Assembly (NCBI GenBank): GCA_963696385.1
Contig: CAVOKF010000005.1
Span: forward strand, 1,088,001-1,152,000
DNA: 64,000 nt
Direction: 5' to 3'
From: an uncultured delta proteobacterium
Lineage (GTDB): Bacteria > Myxococcota_A > Polyangia > Polyangiales > Polyangiaceae
Within the stretch, counting starts at the first letter, position 1. The number at the start of each line of letters is the position of its first letter. The notes under the pieces were generated by a model. The model searched no databases, had not been told where the DNA came from, and saw only the letters and a list, made by a program, of their open reading frames with translations. The position numbers and the translations under genes were made by a program. This document shows, in pieces, positions 49,672 to 59,596 of this stretch.

Positions 49672-50169
49672 ATGACGTCCTCCGCTCCTCCCCCGGACGG
49701 GATCTTGACCGAGCGCGAGGGTCAGCTAGCGCGCGTCCCGTTCTTCGACGGACTCACGCAGGAGGCCCTGGCGCTCATCGCGCGCGCCACCACGGAAGAG
49801 TCGCACGTCACGGGAACGAAAATCTTTCAATATGGTGATTTGGGCGACAAGCTCTTCATCATTCTCGATGGCAAAGTGCGGATTTCCCGCGAGATCGCAG
49901 GTATGGGCGAGGAGGCCCTGGCCATCCTGGGTCCCGGTCAAGTGTTCGGCGAAATGTCGCTCATCGACGAATTCCCGCGGTCGGCGGATGCCCGTGTCCA
50001 CGAGCGTTGCCGACTGCTGGTGATCCGGAAGGAGGAATTCGACGACCTGTTATTTGTCCACAAGGACCTCGCGTACGAGGTGCTCTGGAACTGCGTGCGG
50101 ATTCTTTCGGCTCGATTGCGCGAGACGAACGACAAGCTCACGTTTCTGACGACGAGCAGTCGCTTTTGA
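49672..50169 (+). CDS. Stand-alone cyclic nucleotide-binding domain protein
   Basis: IFQYGD, LFIILDGKV, FGEMSLI, PRSADA; no HTH. Confidence 0.9.
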   Translation: MTSSAPPPDGILTEREGQLARVPFFDGLTQEALALIARATTEESHVTGTKIFQYGDLGDKLFIILDGKVRISREIAGMGEEALAILGPGQVFGEMSLIDEFPRSADARVHERCRLLVIRKEEFDDLLFVHKDLAYEVLWNCVRILSARLRETNDKLTFLTTSSRF

Positions 50170-50219
50170 GCAGCCGGGTTCTCAGCCCGGATCCGGGTGC
50201 CGTCACACGGCGACAGCAC

Positions 50220-50897
50220 GTGTTTGCCGTAGTGGCGCGCTCCGGCCTCGTCGGATTCGCGCTCGTCGCCGTGGCATGCGGCACAGTCCCGCCGACCGCG
50301 CCGTGGCCAACGGTGCCGGAGCACTCCGCGGCATCCGGGGCCGCTTCCGCCCCAATCCGCAACGCGAACGACGGCAAGGAAATGCCATCGGAACCCACGC
50401 CGGCCCCCCCCGGCGTGCTCGTACCGACACCGCCACCTTCGGCTCCGATCGAGATGAAGTCCCCGCAGCCGAGCTCGCGGGTCGCCGATTTGCGCGCTCT
50501 CGGCCTGGACGCGACCCATCTGCCGTCGATCGAGCGGGTCGACCCGAGGGCGCTGCGAGGCGTCATGACGCTCATCGCCAAGTCGCTCGGAGTCAAGTGC
50601 GCCGACTGCCATCAGGAGGGCGACTTCGCGGCGCCGACTCGCCGAAAGAAGATTGCTGCGCGCATGTGGGACGAGTTCGCCGTCAGGCTCTCGATGGCCG
50701 ACGGATCGCCGCTGTTCTGCGACTCGTGCCATCAAGGTCGTGTCGTGCAACTGGACCGGAGCGACGAGAAGCGGCTCTCGCATTGGATGGACGACAACTT
50801 CGTCGCGAAGCTCGCGCGTAAGGACGGACAATCGCACGAGTGCGCGACATGCCACGTGGACATGAAGATGCGCTTTCTTTCGGAGTGGGCCCGGTGA
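50220..50897 (+). CDS. Putative triheme c-type cytochrome lipoprotein
   Basis: Lipobox-like VAVAC; Pro-rich tether; CADCH, CDSCH, CATCH; start uncertain. Confidence 0.8.
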   Translation: MFAVVARSGLVGFALVAVACGTVPPTAPWPTVPEHSAASGAASAPIRNANDGKEMPSEPTPAPPGVLVPTPPPSAPIEMKSPQPSSRVADLRALGLDATHLPSIERVDPRALRGVMTLIAKSLGVKCADCHQEGDFAAPTRRKKIAARMWDEFAVRLSMADGSPLFCDSCHQGRVVQLDRSDEKRLSHWMDDNFVAKLARKDGQSHECATCHVDMKMRFLSEWAR

Positions 50898-50914
50898 ACT
50901 TTTGCGCCGCTTTC

Positions 50915-50943
50915 TTGACGATAGAACGTGCGTTCAGTAGCTT
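50915..50943 (+). promoter_or_regulatory. Sigma-70-type lexA promoter with a LexA operator in the spacer
   Basis: TTGACG (50915-50920), 17 nt, TAGCTT (50938-50943); GAAC-GTGC-GTTC palindrome at 50924-50935. Confidence 0.82.
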
Positions 50944-50954
50944 GGGCATACGCG

Positions 50955-51608
50955 ATGCAAGGCCTTACGCAGCGGCAGCAGATGGTGCTCGACTTCATTC
51001 GTCAGTCGATTCACGACCGCGGCTACCCGCCGACGCTTCGTGAAATCGGCGCTCGCATGGGGATCCGGTCCACCAACGGGGTAAACGATCATCTGCGAGC
51101 GCTGGAGCGCAAGGGTTACCTCACGCGCGAGGATATGAAGTCTCGTGCGCTTCGACCCACGACACTGGGAACCCCTTCCGGCGACGCGCACATCTCGGAG
51201 CCCGCAAACGACGTGGACCTGGTCGAAGTGCAGGTCGTGGGCCGTGTCGCTGCGGGTCTCCCGCTGCTTGCCCAGGAGCATATTATCGACACGGTTCGAA
51301 TCGATCGGACACTCGTCAAAGGTGGGCGAGAGGTCTTCGGCCTGAAGGTGCACGGCGATTCGATGGTCGACGCGGGAATCCTGAGCGGCGACTACATCTT
51401 CGTCAAGAAACAGCTCACCGCGAATCGCGGCGAGATCGTGGTCGCGCTCATTGGGGATGAGGCTACCGTGAAGTACTATTATCCGGAGAAGGACCATGTT
51501 CGCTTTCAGCCGGCGAACAAAAGCATGGCACCCATCTACGTGCGAGCCACCGACTTCAAGCCGACGATGCTGATCGGCATCGTCGTTGGCGTTTTTCGGC
51601 GCGTCTGA
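50955..51608 (+). CDS. lexA: SOS repressor LexA
   Basis: LTQRQQ, GYPPTLREI, HLRALERKGYL; cleavage site VAAG; catalytic GDSM and ATVK. Confidence 0.97.
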   Translation: MQGLTQRQQMVLDFIRQSIHDRGYPPTLREIGARMGIRSTNGVNDHLRALERKGYLTREDMKSRALRPTTLGTPSGDAHISEPANDVDLVEVQVVGRVAAGLPLLAQEHIIDTVRIDRTLVKGGREVFGLKVHGDSMVDAGILSGDYIFVKKQLTANRGEIVVALIGDEATVKYYYPEKDHVRFQPANKSMAPIYVRATDFKPTMLIGIVVGVFRRV

Positions 51609-51955
51609 CTGACGCCGAGAGCGGGTCCAAGACGTAGCCGCGGGGATTCGGTGAGTTCGCGCCGGGCCGTGGCTTGACCTGCCTGCGCTCGGACGCCCCA
51701 GAGGCGGTCCGCGACCGCGTTCGTGGCAGCGGCATCGCCGCACCGCGGCTCACGGCCAAAGGATACGGGTCTCGTCTGCCGTTCGTCCCCGAAACCACGA
51801 CGCCAACCGATCCCTGAATCGACGCGTCCCTTCATGCGCACCGAGTGGGGCAAGTCTGACGTCGACGCTTTGCGTCTGCTTGCGACCGTCCCGGCGAATC
51901 CTTCTCACTGCATCGACAGGTGCTCTATGCTTCCGCCCCCCCGGAGGAACGCGAC

Positions 51956-53758
51956 GTGCACCGAACTGCCATTGCCGCTGCCGCGCGGCTGCTTCTCTCG
52001 TGGACGCTCCTGATGGCGGCAAGCGTCGTCAGCGCTCCGGCGTTGGCTTCCGACGCACGAATCGAGCGCGACGCGCGAGCACTGCAGAAAGCCGCGATCG
52101 AAGAAGACAACTTGAACATGAATTACTCCGTGGCCGTGCGCAAGCTGCAGGTGGCCGTGAGCAAGTGCGGGAGCGACAAGTGCGGCACGTCGCTCAAGGC
52201 CACACTCTTACGCGACCTCGGCGCCATGCAGGTGCTCAGCGGCAGCGTCGACGAAGGCAAGGCGACCTTCTCGCACGCTTTGCAGCTCGACCCTTCCATC
52301 GAGCTCGACCCCGCTTACAAAAGCGCTGCGCTCGACGGGGTGTGGAACGAGGCCAAGCGCAAGGGCAAGGGCGCCAGCGTTCCGGCCGAAGCCGCTCCGA
52401 CCACCGGCGACTTCTCCCACACCCCGCCGACCGAAGCCCTCGTTCGTACGCCGCTCGCCATCTACGTGGAGTACCCGGCGGGCGACTCTCTCGGCCGCGT
52501 CCTCGTCAAATACAAGGGCGCGGGCATGACGGATTGGAAAAGCGTCGACCTCAAAAAGGTGGGCGACGGCTACGGAGGCCTCATCCCCTGCAAGGACGCG
52601 ACGCAGGGAACGATGCAATATTTCATTCAAGGTTTCGACCCGAAAAACCAGCCCGTGGCCATGTCCGGCAGCCGCACGGCTCCATTCACCGTGGAGGTCT
52701 CGCCGCAAATCAGCGGACCCGTGCCCAGCCTGCCGGGGCGATCGCCGCCGTCGCAATGCGGCGACAACGAAGCCGCTCCCGCGCCTTCGACTGCCCCGGA
52801 CTGCCCGCCGGACTTTCCAGGCTGCAAGGCTCCGAAAAAAGACCTGGGCGAGGCTTGCGCGAAGGACGAGGAGTGCGGCAGCGAATCCTGCGTCGACGAA
52901 AAGTGCGCCGCCAAAAAGGCGAAGGGTGAGGATTGCGAGTCCGATTCCGAGTGTTCGAGCGGGACTTGCGGCGACGGAAAGTGCTCCGACAAAAAGGGGT
53001 CCGGGTCGTATTGCGAAAGCGACGACGAGTGCGCCAGCGACCGGTGCGAAGACAGCAAGTGCGGCTCAGGAACGAGCGCCGACTTCCATCGTTGGTGGAT
53101 CGGAGTTGCAGCGGCCGGCGATTTTTTTGTCATGCCTGGCGCCACGAACGTCTGCAAGTTGAACGGTGGCGGCAACCATACGCTCAACTCGGCCGGGTAC
53201 AATTGTGTCGATCCTTCCGACGGCGACAACTTTCCGCCGAACTCGGCGACCAACACCAACATCGTCGCGGGCGACGTCCAGTCTGGCGTAGCCTTCGGCA
53301 ACGTGCGCCTTCTTGCGAGCGTCGACTACGCGCTCAGCAAAAACTTGCTCGTCGGATTGCGGGGCGGTTACGTGCTGCGCACCAATCCCGCCAAGGCAGA
53401 GCCTCGCGCCGCGTTCGCGCCCATACACCTGGAAGCGCGGCTGACGTATCTGTTCGGGCGGGACGCTCTGGTCCGGCAAACATTTTCGCCCATGGTTCTC
53501 GTTGCGGCCGGGCTCGGAGAGTTCGACGCCTATATTCCAGTCAACGTGGCGTTGACGAACCCAACGACGCTGCAAGCGGAGAACGCGTGGCTCACGGCAG
53601 GGCCCTATTTTCTCGCGTTGGGGGCTGGCGCACGGTTGAAGATCGGTTCCAACGTCGCGGCAACAGGGGCCGTCAAGATCGAGACTGCGTTCGGAGGAGG
53701 CACGGCGGGCAAGCTGTTCGGGTTCGCGCCCGAGCTCGGGGTGCTCTTCGGTCTTTGA
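51956..53758 (+). CDS. Exported/outer-membrane protein: TPR-like, beta-sandwich, Cys-rich repeats, C-terminal barrel-like domain
   Basis: GGAGGA RBS before GTG 51956; signal ending ALA-SD; ALQLDP TPR-like end; three Cys repeats; terminal ELGVLFGL. Confidence 0.75.
   Translation: MHRTAIAAAARLLLSWTLLMAASVVSAPALASDARIERDARALQKAAIEEDNLNMNYSVAVRKLQVAVSKCGSDKCGTSLKATLLRDLGAMQVLSGSVDEGKATFSHALQLDPSIELDPAYKSAALDGVWNEAKRKGKGASVPAEAAPTTGDFSHTPPTEALVRTPLAIYVEYPAGDSLGRVLVKYKGAGMTDWKSVDLKKVGDGYGGLIPCKDATQGTMQYFIQGFDPKNQPVAMSGSRTAPFTVEVSPQISGPVPSLPGRSPPSQCGDNEAAPAPSTAPDCPPDFPGCKAPKKDLGEACAKDEECGSESCVDEKCAAKKAKGEDCESDSECSSGTCGDGKCSDKKGSGSYCESDDECASDRCEDSKCGSGTSADFHRWWIGVAAAGDFFVMPGATNVCKLNGGGNHTLNSAGYNCVDPSDGDNFPPNSATNTNIVAGDVQSGVAFGNVRLLASVDYALSKNLLVGLRGGYVLRTNPAKAEPRAAFAPIHLEARLTYLFGRDALVRQTFSPMVLVAAGLGEFDAYIPVNVALTNPTTLQAENAWLTAGPYFLALGAGARLKIGSNVAATGAVKIETAFGGGTAGKLFGFAPELGVLFGL
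52847..53062 (+). repeat. Three Cys-rich repeats G-x2-C-x5-C-x4-C-x4-C (coding)
   Basis: GEACAKDEECGSESCVDEKC, GEDCESDSECSSGTCGDGKC, GSYCESDDECASDRCEDSKC. Confidence 0.8.
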
Positions 53759-53833
53759 GTCGACCCGTGCGACGAGGTCCGGCAAAACCGCGCTCTCGGC
53801 GTCGAGTGGGTCGAGGCCGATGGCCGCCGACCG

Positions 53834-54937
53834 TCATTCGAAGACGAGCAACCGGCACTCGATCGGCCCGTTGTAGAGAATCCAGAAGCGATTCGGTCGG
53901 CGCCGGATCGTCCGCGGGATCTCCGGCGAGCCGGCCAGAATGCCCGTCGTGTACGAGCGCATGCGCTCGACAGCGCGCGCCAGGCCGACGTAGAGACGGC
54001 GGTCGGCGTCGATGCGCTCTCCATACGGCGGGTTCGTCACGAGGAACCCGGACGGCTCGACCGGTGCGAGGTCATGCACGTCCTTTTGCTCGATTCGAAG
54101 ATCGACGCCCGCCCTGTGCGCATTTTCGCGAGTGCATTGGACGGCCGCTGCATCGACGTCGCTCGCCATGACGATCGGGGCTTCTTTTCGGATCGAAGAG
54201 CGCGCATGGTCTCGCAGCTCCCGCATGCGGGCGCGCAGAGCGTCGTCACAGGTTGCCCAACGCTCGAGTCCGAAGGCTGCTCTCGAAAGTCCCGGAGCCT
54301 GTCCGACCGCCCATGCTGCGGCTTCGATGGCGATCGTGCCGGCACCGCACATGGGATCCACGAAGGGGCTCTGTCGATCCCAGCCGGATAGACGAATGAC
54401 CGCTGCGGCGAGCGTCTCGCGCAGGGGGGCCGGGCCCGATCGCACACGCCAACCGCGAGCGTGCAGTGACGCGCCGCTCACGTCGAGATAGAGCGTCGCG
54501 TGATCGCGGGCGAGGTAAACCGAGACGCCCACGTCCGGATCGTTGCGGTCGACGCAAGGACGAGCTCCGAGGCGGTCGCGGATCACGTCGACGATGGCGT
54601 CTTTGGTCTTTTGGGCGACGTATTGGGAGTGGGTGAGACGGCTCGACCGGCAACTGGCTCGTACCGCAAGCGTCGTACGGTGGTTCATCCAGGCGTGCCA
54701 ATCGATCGCGCGCACGCCATCGTACAATGCGGCTTCGTCGGCGGCGCCGAAGCTGCCGATTTCGAACAAGACTCGAACGGCCACGCGCGACCACATGCAT
54801 GCGCGGGCCGCGTCGAATAAGTCTCCTTCGAAGTGGACTCCACCGCGGTCGGCCCGCACGCGGTGCAGTCGCAATTCCCGCAGCTCGTCGCGAAGCGCGG
54901 GCTCCGTCCCTTTGGCAGCGGTCGCAAAGAAGCGCAC
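53834..54937 (-). CDS. THUMP-domain RNA methyltransferase (RlmL/YpsC-like)
   Basis: FFATAAKGTE, KDAIVD, LHARGWR, APLRETLAAA, DPMCGAGT, TNPPYGER, LYNG. Confidence 0.9.
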   Translation of the reverse strand: MRFFATAAKGTEPALRDELRELRLHRVRADRGGVHFEGDLFDAARACMWSRVAVRVLFEIGSFGAADEAALYDGVRAIDWHAWMNHRTTLAVRASCRSSRLTHSQYVAQKTKDAIVDVIRDRLGARPCVDRNDPDVGVSVYLARDHATLYLDVSGASLHARGWRVRSGPAPLRETLAAAVIRLSGWDRQSPFVDPMCGAGTIAIEAAAWAVGQAPGLSRAAFGLERWATCDDALRARMRELRDHARSSIRKEAPIVMASDVDAAAVQCTRENAHRAGVDLRIEQKDVHDLAPVEPSGFLVTNPPYGERIDADRRLYVGLARAVERMRSYTTGILAGSPEIPRTIRRRPNRFWILYNGPIECRLLVFE

Positions 54938-55063
54938 GGTTAGCGGAGGGTCTCAGGCTTCGGCCGCGGGCGCTTCGCGAAGACGGAGAACCGCGTCGAT
55001 CGCGGAACGAAGCGGGTTCGGTGCCGAGCCTGTCCTTTCCAGTACGGGACGCACGACCTACGC

Positions 55064-56086
55064 TCACGGGGCCGGAAGGGTGTCGTGGAACTCCCGCAGA
55101 CGGGCGATCGCGCGCGACAACGAAAGCGCGAACGTCATGTGACCGCCGGGCAGCCACTCGATCGGCGGCTCCCCCCATGCGCGCCACTGCCGTTCGACGA
55201 CCGCCGCAGGAATGTAAATGTCGTCTCGCGCCATGATCCACAGCTGACGCTCACGGGGCAAGAGCGGCCGCAACGACTCGAGGCCGAGGCGGCTGAATAT
55301 TTGCCGGCGGCGCGCCGGGCCGACACCGAAGCGCTCGAGATCCGACTTCATGCGCCAAAAGATCGGAGCGTCCTCAATCGCTTCGGCCAGCTGAAGATGG
55401 CCGATGATTGGAGCGATGTAGTCGGGCAGGGGTGCGACACAAGCCAAAACCATCGCTACGGACGCCCCCATGCTGATGCCCGTTACGCCCACCTCGGTGT
55501 AACCCTGGGCACGCAGCCATGCCACGAGCGTCCGTGCATCGAGGCACGATTGACGCACCGCCTCGAGGGAGCGAACGAGGTCGGCCGTCCAGAAAAACTC
55601 CCCGTGATAGAGCGAGTTTTTGGGTTTCCGCGTCCCGTGGAAAGGCAGTTGCAGATGCAACACGTCAACGCCGAGCGCGTCGTAGAGTCGCGGAAGAAAC
55701 AGCGTGTGCCATGGGGCGGGCTCAAGCCAGCCGTGAACGTACACGAGGGCGCGCTCTCGGCTTGCGCGAAGCGGATGCATGAAGCGCGCGGTTGCGGTCT
55801 GATTTCGGACGTACTCACCCGCGTGGCGCGCTCGATAGTGAGGGCAGAGCGGAGCGTGAGGGCTGTGCCACTGCAGGAGTTCCACGACGCGCTCGCCGCG
55901 GTGCCCCGAGCGGAGTCCACGCCGCTGGAGATCGCGCGGGACCACCGGGTCGGGGAAAAAGACGGATAACGGCACGTCCAGATACGGGCCGAGATCGTCG
56001 ACCGTATTGACTTGAGCGCTGCGCAGGTGCACAAGGCGCGAGAGACCGCCGACGATGCGGTCGACGCTCCGTCCGAAAGACGCCAT
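55064..56086 (-). CDS. Alpha/beta hydrolase
   Basis: YVHGW, PFHGTR, nucleophile GISMG, DDIYIP, GGH. Confidence 0.82.
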   Translation of the reverse strand: MASFGRSVDRIVGGLSRLVHLRSAQVNTVDDLGPYLDVPLSVFFPDPVVPRDLQRRGLRSGHRGERVVELLQWHSPHAPLCPHYRARHAGEYVRNQTATARFMHPLRASRERALVYVHGWLEPAPWHTLFLPRLYDALGVDVLHLQLPFHGTRKPKNSLYHGEFFWTADLVRSLEAVRQSCLDARTLVAWLRAQGYTEVGVTGISMGASVAMVLACVAPLPDYIAPIIGHLQLAEAIEDAPIFWRMKSDLERFGVGPARRRQIFSRLGLESLRPLLPRERQLWIMARDDIYIPAAVVERQWRAWGEPPIEWLPGGHMTFALSLSRAIARLREFHDTLPAP

Positions 56087-56192
56087 CCCGCGACGAGCCT
56101 AGCATCATCGTCGCCTCCGGCGCCCTGCGCCGTACAAGCGGAGCGAATCCAAAGCGCGCCCCACCTCCCCCACGGCGCATCGCGGACGGCAG

Positions 56193-57404
56193 TCAGCGCC
56201 GCACAATCGTCTGCGTGCGCCACGCGCTCCACGCCAAAAGGAGCCCGCACGCCGCGGCGGCGAGGCCGGCGTCGACCGCGAGCGCGGCCCCTGGCCCCTT
56301 CGCGCGCCAGAGGGTCCCCGTCAGAAGGCCGGCGGGCAGGGCCGTGATCCCGCCCACGAAGTTGTATGCCCCAAACGCTCCGCCGCGGGCATCGGGACGC
56401 GCAAGGTCTTTGACAAGCGCCTTCTCCACCGGTTCCGTCAAGCCATAAAAAACGCCGTAAAGGACGAAGAGCGTCCAAACGTGCCACGGCGCGTTCGCCG
56501 TTGCGAGCCCGAGATAAACCGCCGCGTAGACGACCCAACCCGCGGCGATGAGTCGCACACGCGGGGCCCGATCGGCCCAGGCGCCTCCGACATACGCCCA
56601 ACCTACTTTGGATAAATTCAGAACGGCCCAGAGGATGGGAATCCCGGCGGTCGAGACGCCGAGCGACCGAGCGCGAAGGAGAAGGAAGGCGTCGGAAGAA
56701 TTGCCGAGTGAAAAGACAAAGAGGACGGCGAGATACAACACGAGCGGGCAATCGAGGGCCCCCGTGACCGACGGCCGACTCCGCGCGGGAGGGCGCGTCG
56801 AATGTCGCGATGCGGACGGCGATCGGGATTTCGATCCGGGCTCGGGGACGAACGCGACGAGCGTGACGGCCACGAGGCCGGGAACGGCTGCCAGCCAGAA
56901 GATCCGACGGATCGGCCAATGGCTCGCTACGAGAACCGTTGCGAGCAACGGACCCAGGACCGCGCCGACGTTATCCATCGCCTGGTGAAAGCCGAACGCG
57001 TGTCCGGCGCGGTCACCGGCCGCGTCGGCAATGAGCGCGTCACGCGGGGAGCCGCGGACCCCTTTGCCCACCCGGTCCGTGACGCGGACCGCGAGCACAT
57101 GCCAGGGTCGAGTCGCCACAGCGACGAACGGGCGCACGGCGCTTGCGAGGCCGTAGCCAAAAAGAACAAGGGGCTTTCGCCGCCGCATGGCGTCGCTGAT
57201 GAAGCCGGAGGCCAGCTTGAGCAAGCTTGCCACCGTGTCCGCCGTTCCTTCCACCAGTCCGACGTAGGTGGGGCCTGATCCAAGCGATTCAACCAGAAAT
57301 ACCGGCAGGAGCGGGAAGATCATCTCCGTGCCCACGTCGGTAAACAGACTCGTGAACCCGAGAAGCAGGACAGTCCGCGGCAGGCAATCCGCTCGAGGTC
57401 GCAT
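56193..57404 (-). CDS. MFS transporter
   Basis: SLFTDVGTEMI, GFISDAMRRRK, DRVGKGVRGSPRDALIAD, FGFHQAMD; many TM helices; start approximate. Confidence 0.9.
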   Translation of the reverse strand: MRPRADCLPRTVLLLGFTSLFTDVGTEMIFPLLPVFLVESLGSGPTYVGLVEGTADTVASLLKLASGFISDAMRRRKPLVLFGYGLASAVRPFVAVATRPWHVLAVRVTDRVGKGVRGSPRDALIADAAGDRAGHAFGFHQAMDNVGAVLGPLLATVLVASHWPIRRIFWLAAVPGLVAVTLVAFVPEPGSKSRSPSASRHSTRPPARSRPSVTGALDCPLVLYLAVLFVFSLGNSSDAFLLLRARSLGVSTAGIPILWAVLNLSKVGWAYVGGAWADRAPRVRLIAAGWVVYAAVYLGLATANAPWHVWTLFVLYGVFYGLTEPVEKALVKDLARPDARGGAFGAYNFVGGITALPAGLLTGTLWRAKGPGAALAVDAGLAAAACGLLLAWSAWRTQTIVRR

Positions 57405-57633
57405 TCGGGTGGCCTCTAGCATGCGTGCTAGGCAAGCGGCCGCGTTCTCGGTTGTCTTGTTCATTCGCCACGGGCCGCGTCCGCCGGTCACGTGTACCGG
57501 TTCAATCCCCGTTCCTGAATCGGGCCTCGGCGGGGTGTGCACTCCGTCCGTTCACGCGAATCCGGATCCGCACGAAGACCGGCTGGTCACGTGGGTGGCA
57601 TCGAGTCCACCAGGGGCCCTCAGCTCGGCCGAT

Positions 57634-58368
57634 TCACCAGGCATCGCGGGGCCGTCGCCGGCCCCATTCCCGCCACCGATCGTAGTCGTGGATGCGGGAT
57701 CGCCCAGACAGGAAGAAGCGCAGAAGCACCAAGCCCGCGACGAAGCCGCCGACGTGGGCCATGAACGCCACGCCGCCCACTTGGGTATTGGCTACCGCGT
57801 TCAATAGGTTGGCGACGAAGAAAAGTGCAATGACAAGCCAGGCCGGGAAGGTCAGGAACAACCCGAAGAAGAACCACAGGAGGAATACCGGATTGAGCAC
57901 GGTGATGGGGGAGTGCGGGTAAAGCAACGCATAGGCCGCCAGCACCGCTGAAATGGCTCCTGACGCGCCGACCATGGGCATCGCCATGGCGCTTGGGTCG
58001 CCCAGCGCGGCCACGGCCTGGGCCGCGGCCGCGCACGCCCCGCCGATCAGGTAGAACGCGAGGTAGCGCAAGTGTCCCATGGCGTCTTCGACATTGTCAC
58101 CGAAGATCCAGAGGTACAGCATATTGCCCCCGACATGCATGAGTCCCCCGTGCATGAACATGCTCGTGAAGATCGTCTCGACCGCGAACGTGGGGTGGGT
58201 CACGAGCTCCGCTGGGACGAACCCGAACCCCCTCGCCAGCGCTTCGGGATCGATGCCGTTCGCCACCTGGACCTGCTCCCAGAGGAAGACGACGACGTTC
58301 GTCGCGATGAGCGCGTAGTTGACCCACGGCACGGTACGAGTCGGCAGGTGATCGCGAAGCGGGAGCAC
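57634..58368 (-). CDS. Rhomboid intramembrane serine protease
   Basis: TSMFMHGGLMHVGGNM, GASGAIS, AHVGG. Confidence 0.92.
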   Translation of the reverse strand: MLPLRDHLPTRTVPWVNYALIATNVVVFLWEQVQVANGIDPEALARGFGFVPAELVTHPTFAVETIFTSMFMHGGLMHVGGNMLYLWIFGDNVEDAMGHLRYLAFYLIGGACAAAAQAVAALGDPSAMAMPMVGASGAISAVLAAYALLYPHSPITVLNPVFLLWFFFGLFLTFPAWLVIALFFVANLLNAVANTQVGGVAFMAHVGGFVAGLVLLRFFLSGRSRIHDYDRWREWGRRRPRDAW

Positions 58369-58472
58369 GAGGCACCTTGACATGGATCCGCGTGCACGGC
58401 TCGACTAGCGCGGTCGGCAACATCTCTGCCCTTCGAGGCCCATCGCGTCGGCACGACGCGTTCGGGTGGACA

Positions 58473-59252
58473 TCAGAATGTCCAGCCGAAATGACACAGG
58501 AATCTCGGCACGAGGGCGGTCGTTGCGGCCATGTGCACCACACCGAGGCCGACGCCCGCGCCGACGATAAAGCCCTCGTAAAAGATCTCCTGTGTACCCA
58601 GGTCCAGCGCAAGGCCCAGATAGGGCTGCGCACGCGGCGCATCGCCAACGCTCGCGCGAGTCGTGACGCCCATGAGAAGCGACGGTCCGAAGAAGGGGCC
58701 GTGAAGGGCTCCCAGCTCCGACCACCCGTAATGGTAGCCAACTTCGCCTCCGAAGCCGAGCGACGAAGAGGTCGCGAAGCCGAAACCTTCGGACAACAAG
58801 CTATGCGGGCTGCCTCAATCGGTGCCGAAGACGAGCGCGTTCGGCGACAGGACCACAGCATGGTGCGGAGCGAGCTGCGCTTCGACGTTGGCGCTCAGTC
58901 GTCCCAAAAACAATCCGAGCGGGTTCCACGTGACGGCCACGCTCCGCCGAGGGGCCTGTTCGAACATCGGGGCGGGTTCGGTACGCGCGTCGACTCGAGC
59001 TTCTGCGCGCCGATGCCCGCTCGTGCCGACGGAGGTCTGGAGCGGCTGGCGCCGCGCCGGCTGAGGCGACCCGCTTGGCGCAGGCTCGGGAGGTGGCGGC
59101 AACGACGGGACCTCGCTTGGCTCGTCCAAAGGCGGCAGCGGAGGCGGTGGCAGGTCCGGCTGCGCGCTCGCGGCCCTCGCACAAAGCAGCACCGCCGGCG
59201 CCGTGCCGTACCAAGACTGGACCACGCGTCGCCACCATGGCGGCGAACTCAC
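58473..59252 (-). pseudogene. Putative outer-membrane beta-barrel protein interrupted by one in-frame TGA (58815-58817)
   Basis: ORFs 58815-59252 and 58473-58799 share a frame: FGTD*GSPHSLLSEGFGF; signal-like start, Pro linker, terminal HFGWTF. Confidence 0.65.
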
Positions 59253-59542
59253 TCGGGCGGTTTCGGCTTGCGGATTTCGCTCTCCTCGCGTGACGCGTTC
59301 GTTTTCGACCCGCCTTCTGCGTCGCGATTTGCCTGACGTTCTCCCTTGTTGCCCAAGACGCCTCGCTCGATGGTCGCCGCCACGTTCTCGATCGCGCGCC
59401 CGACCTCGCGGGCGCTGGCGACGACGACCTCCTCCAGATCCTTGGTCGGAAGCTTGCGCGCGGCGGTGCGTGCGGCGCGGAAAAGCAGCCCCAAGCCCTG
59501 GGCCACATCGCTCAGCGGGTTCGGTGGCTTCTCCTCGGTCAT
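59249..59542 (-). CDS. Small hypothetical helical protein
   Basis: 97-aa ORF with ATG start, typical codon usage, 4-nt overlap with the next gene. Confidence 0.6.
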   Translation of the reverse strand: MTEEKPPNPLSDVAQGLGLLFRAARTAARKLPTKDLEEVVVASAREVGRAIENVAATIERGVLGNKGERQANRDAEGGSKTNASREESEIRKPKPPE

Positions 59543-59596
59543 GGCTTCAATGTTGCCACGGGCGGTCGCCCTGTCGAGAACCAGCGACGGCGGCCT

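Noticed and set aside
51609..51955. Roughly 350-bp gap after lexA as a riboswitch, ncRNA or small ORF
   Set aside because: No recognisable riboswitch consensus, terminator or credible ORF by eye; probably a promoter/leader (TATGCT near 51926). An Rfam scan would settle it
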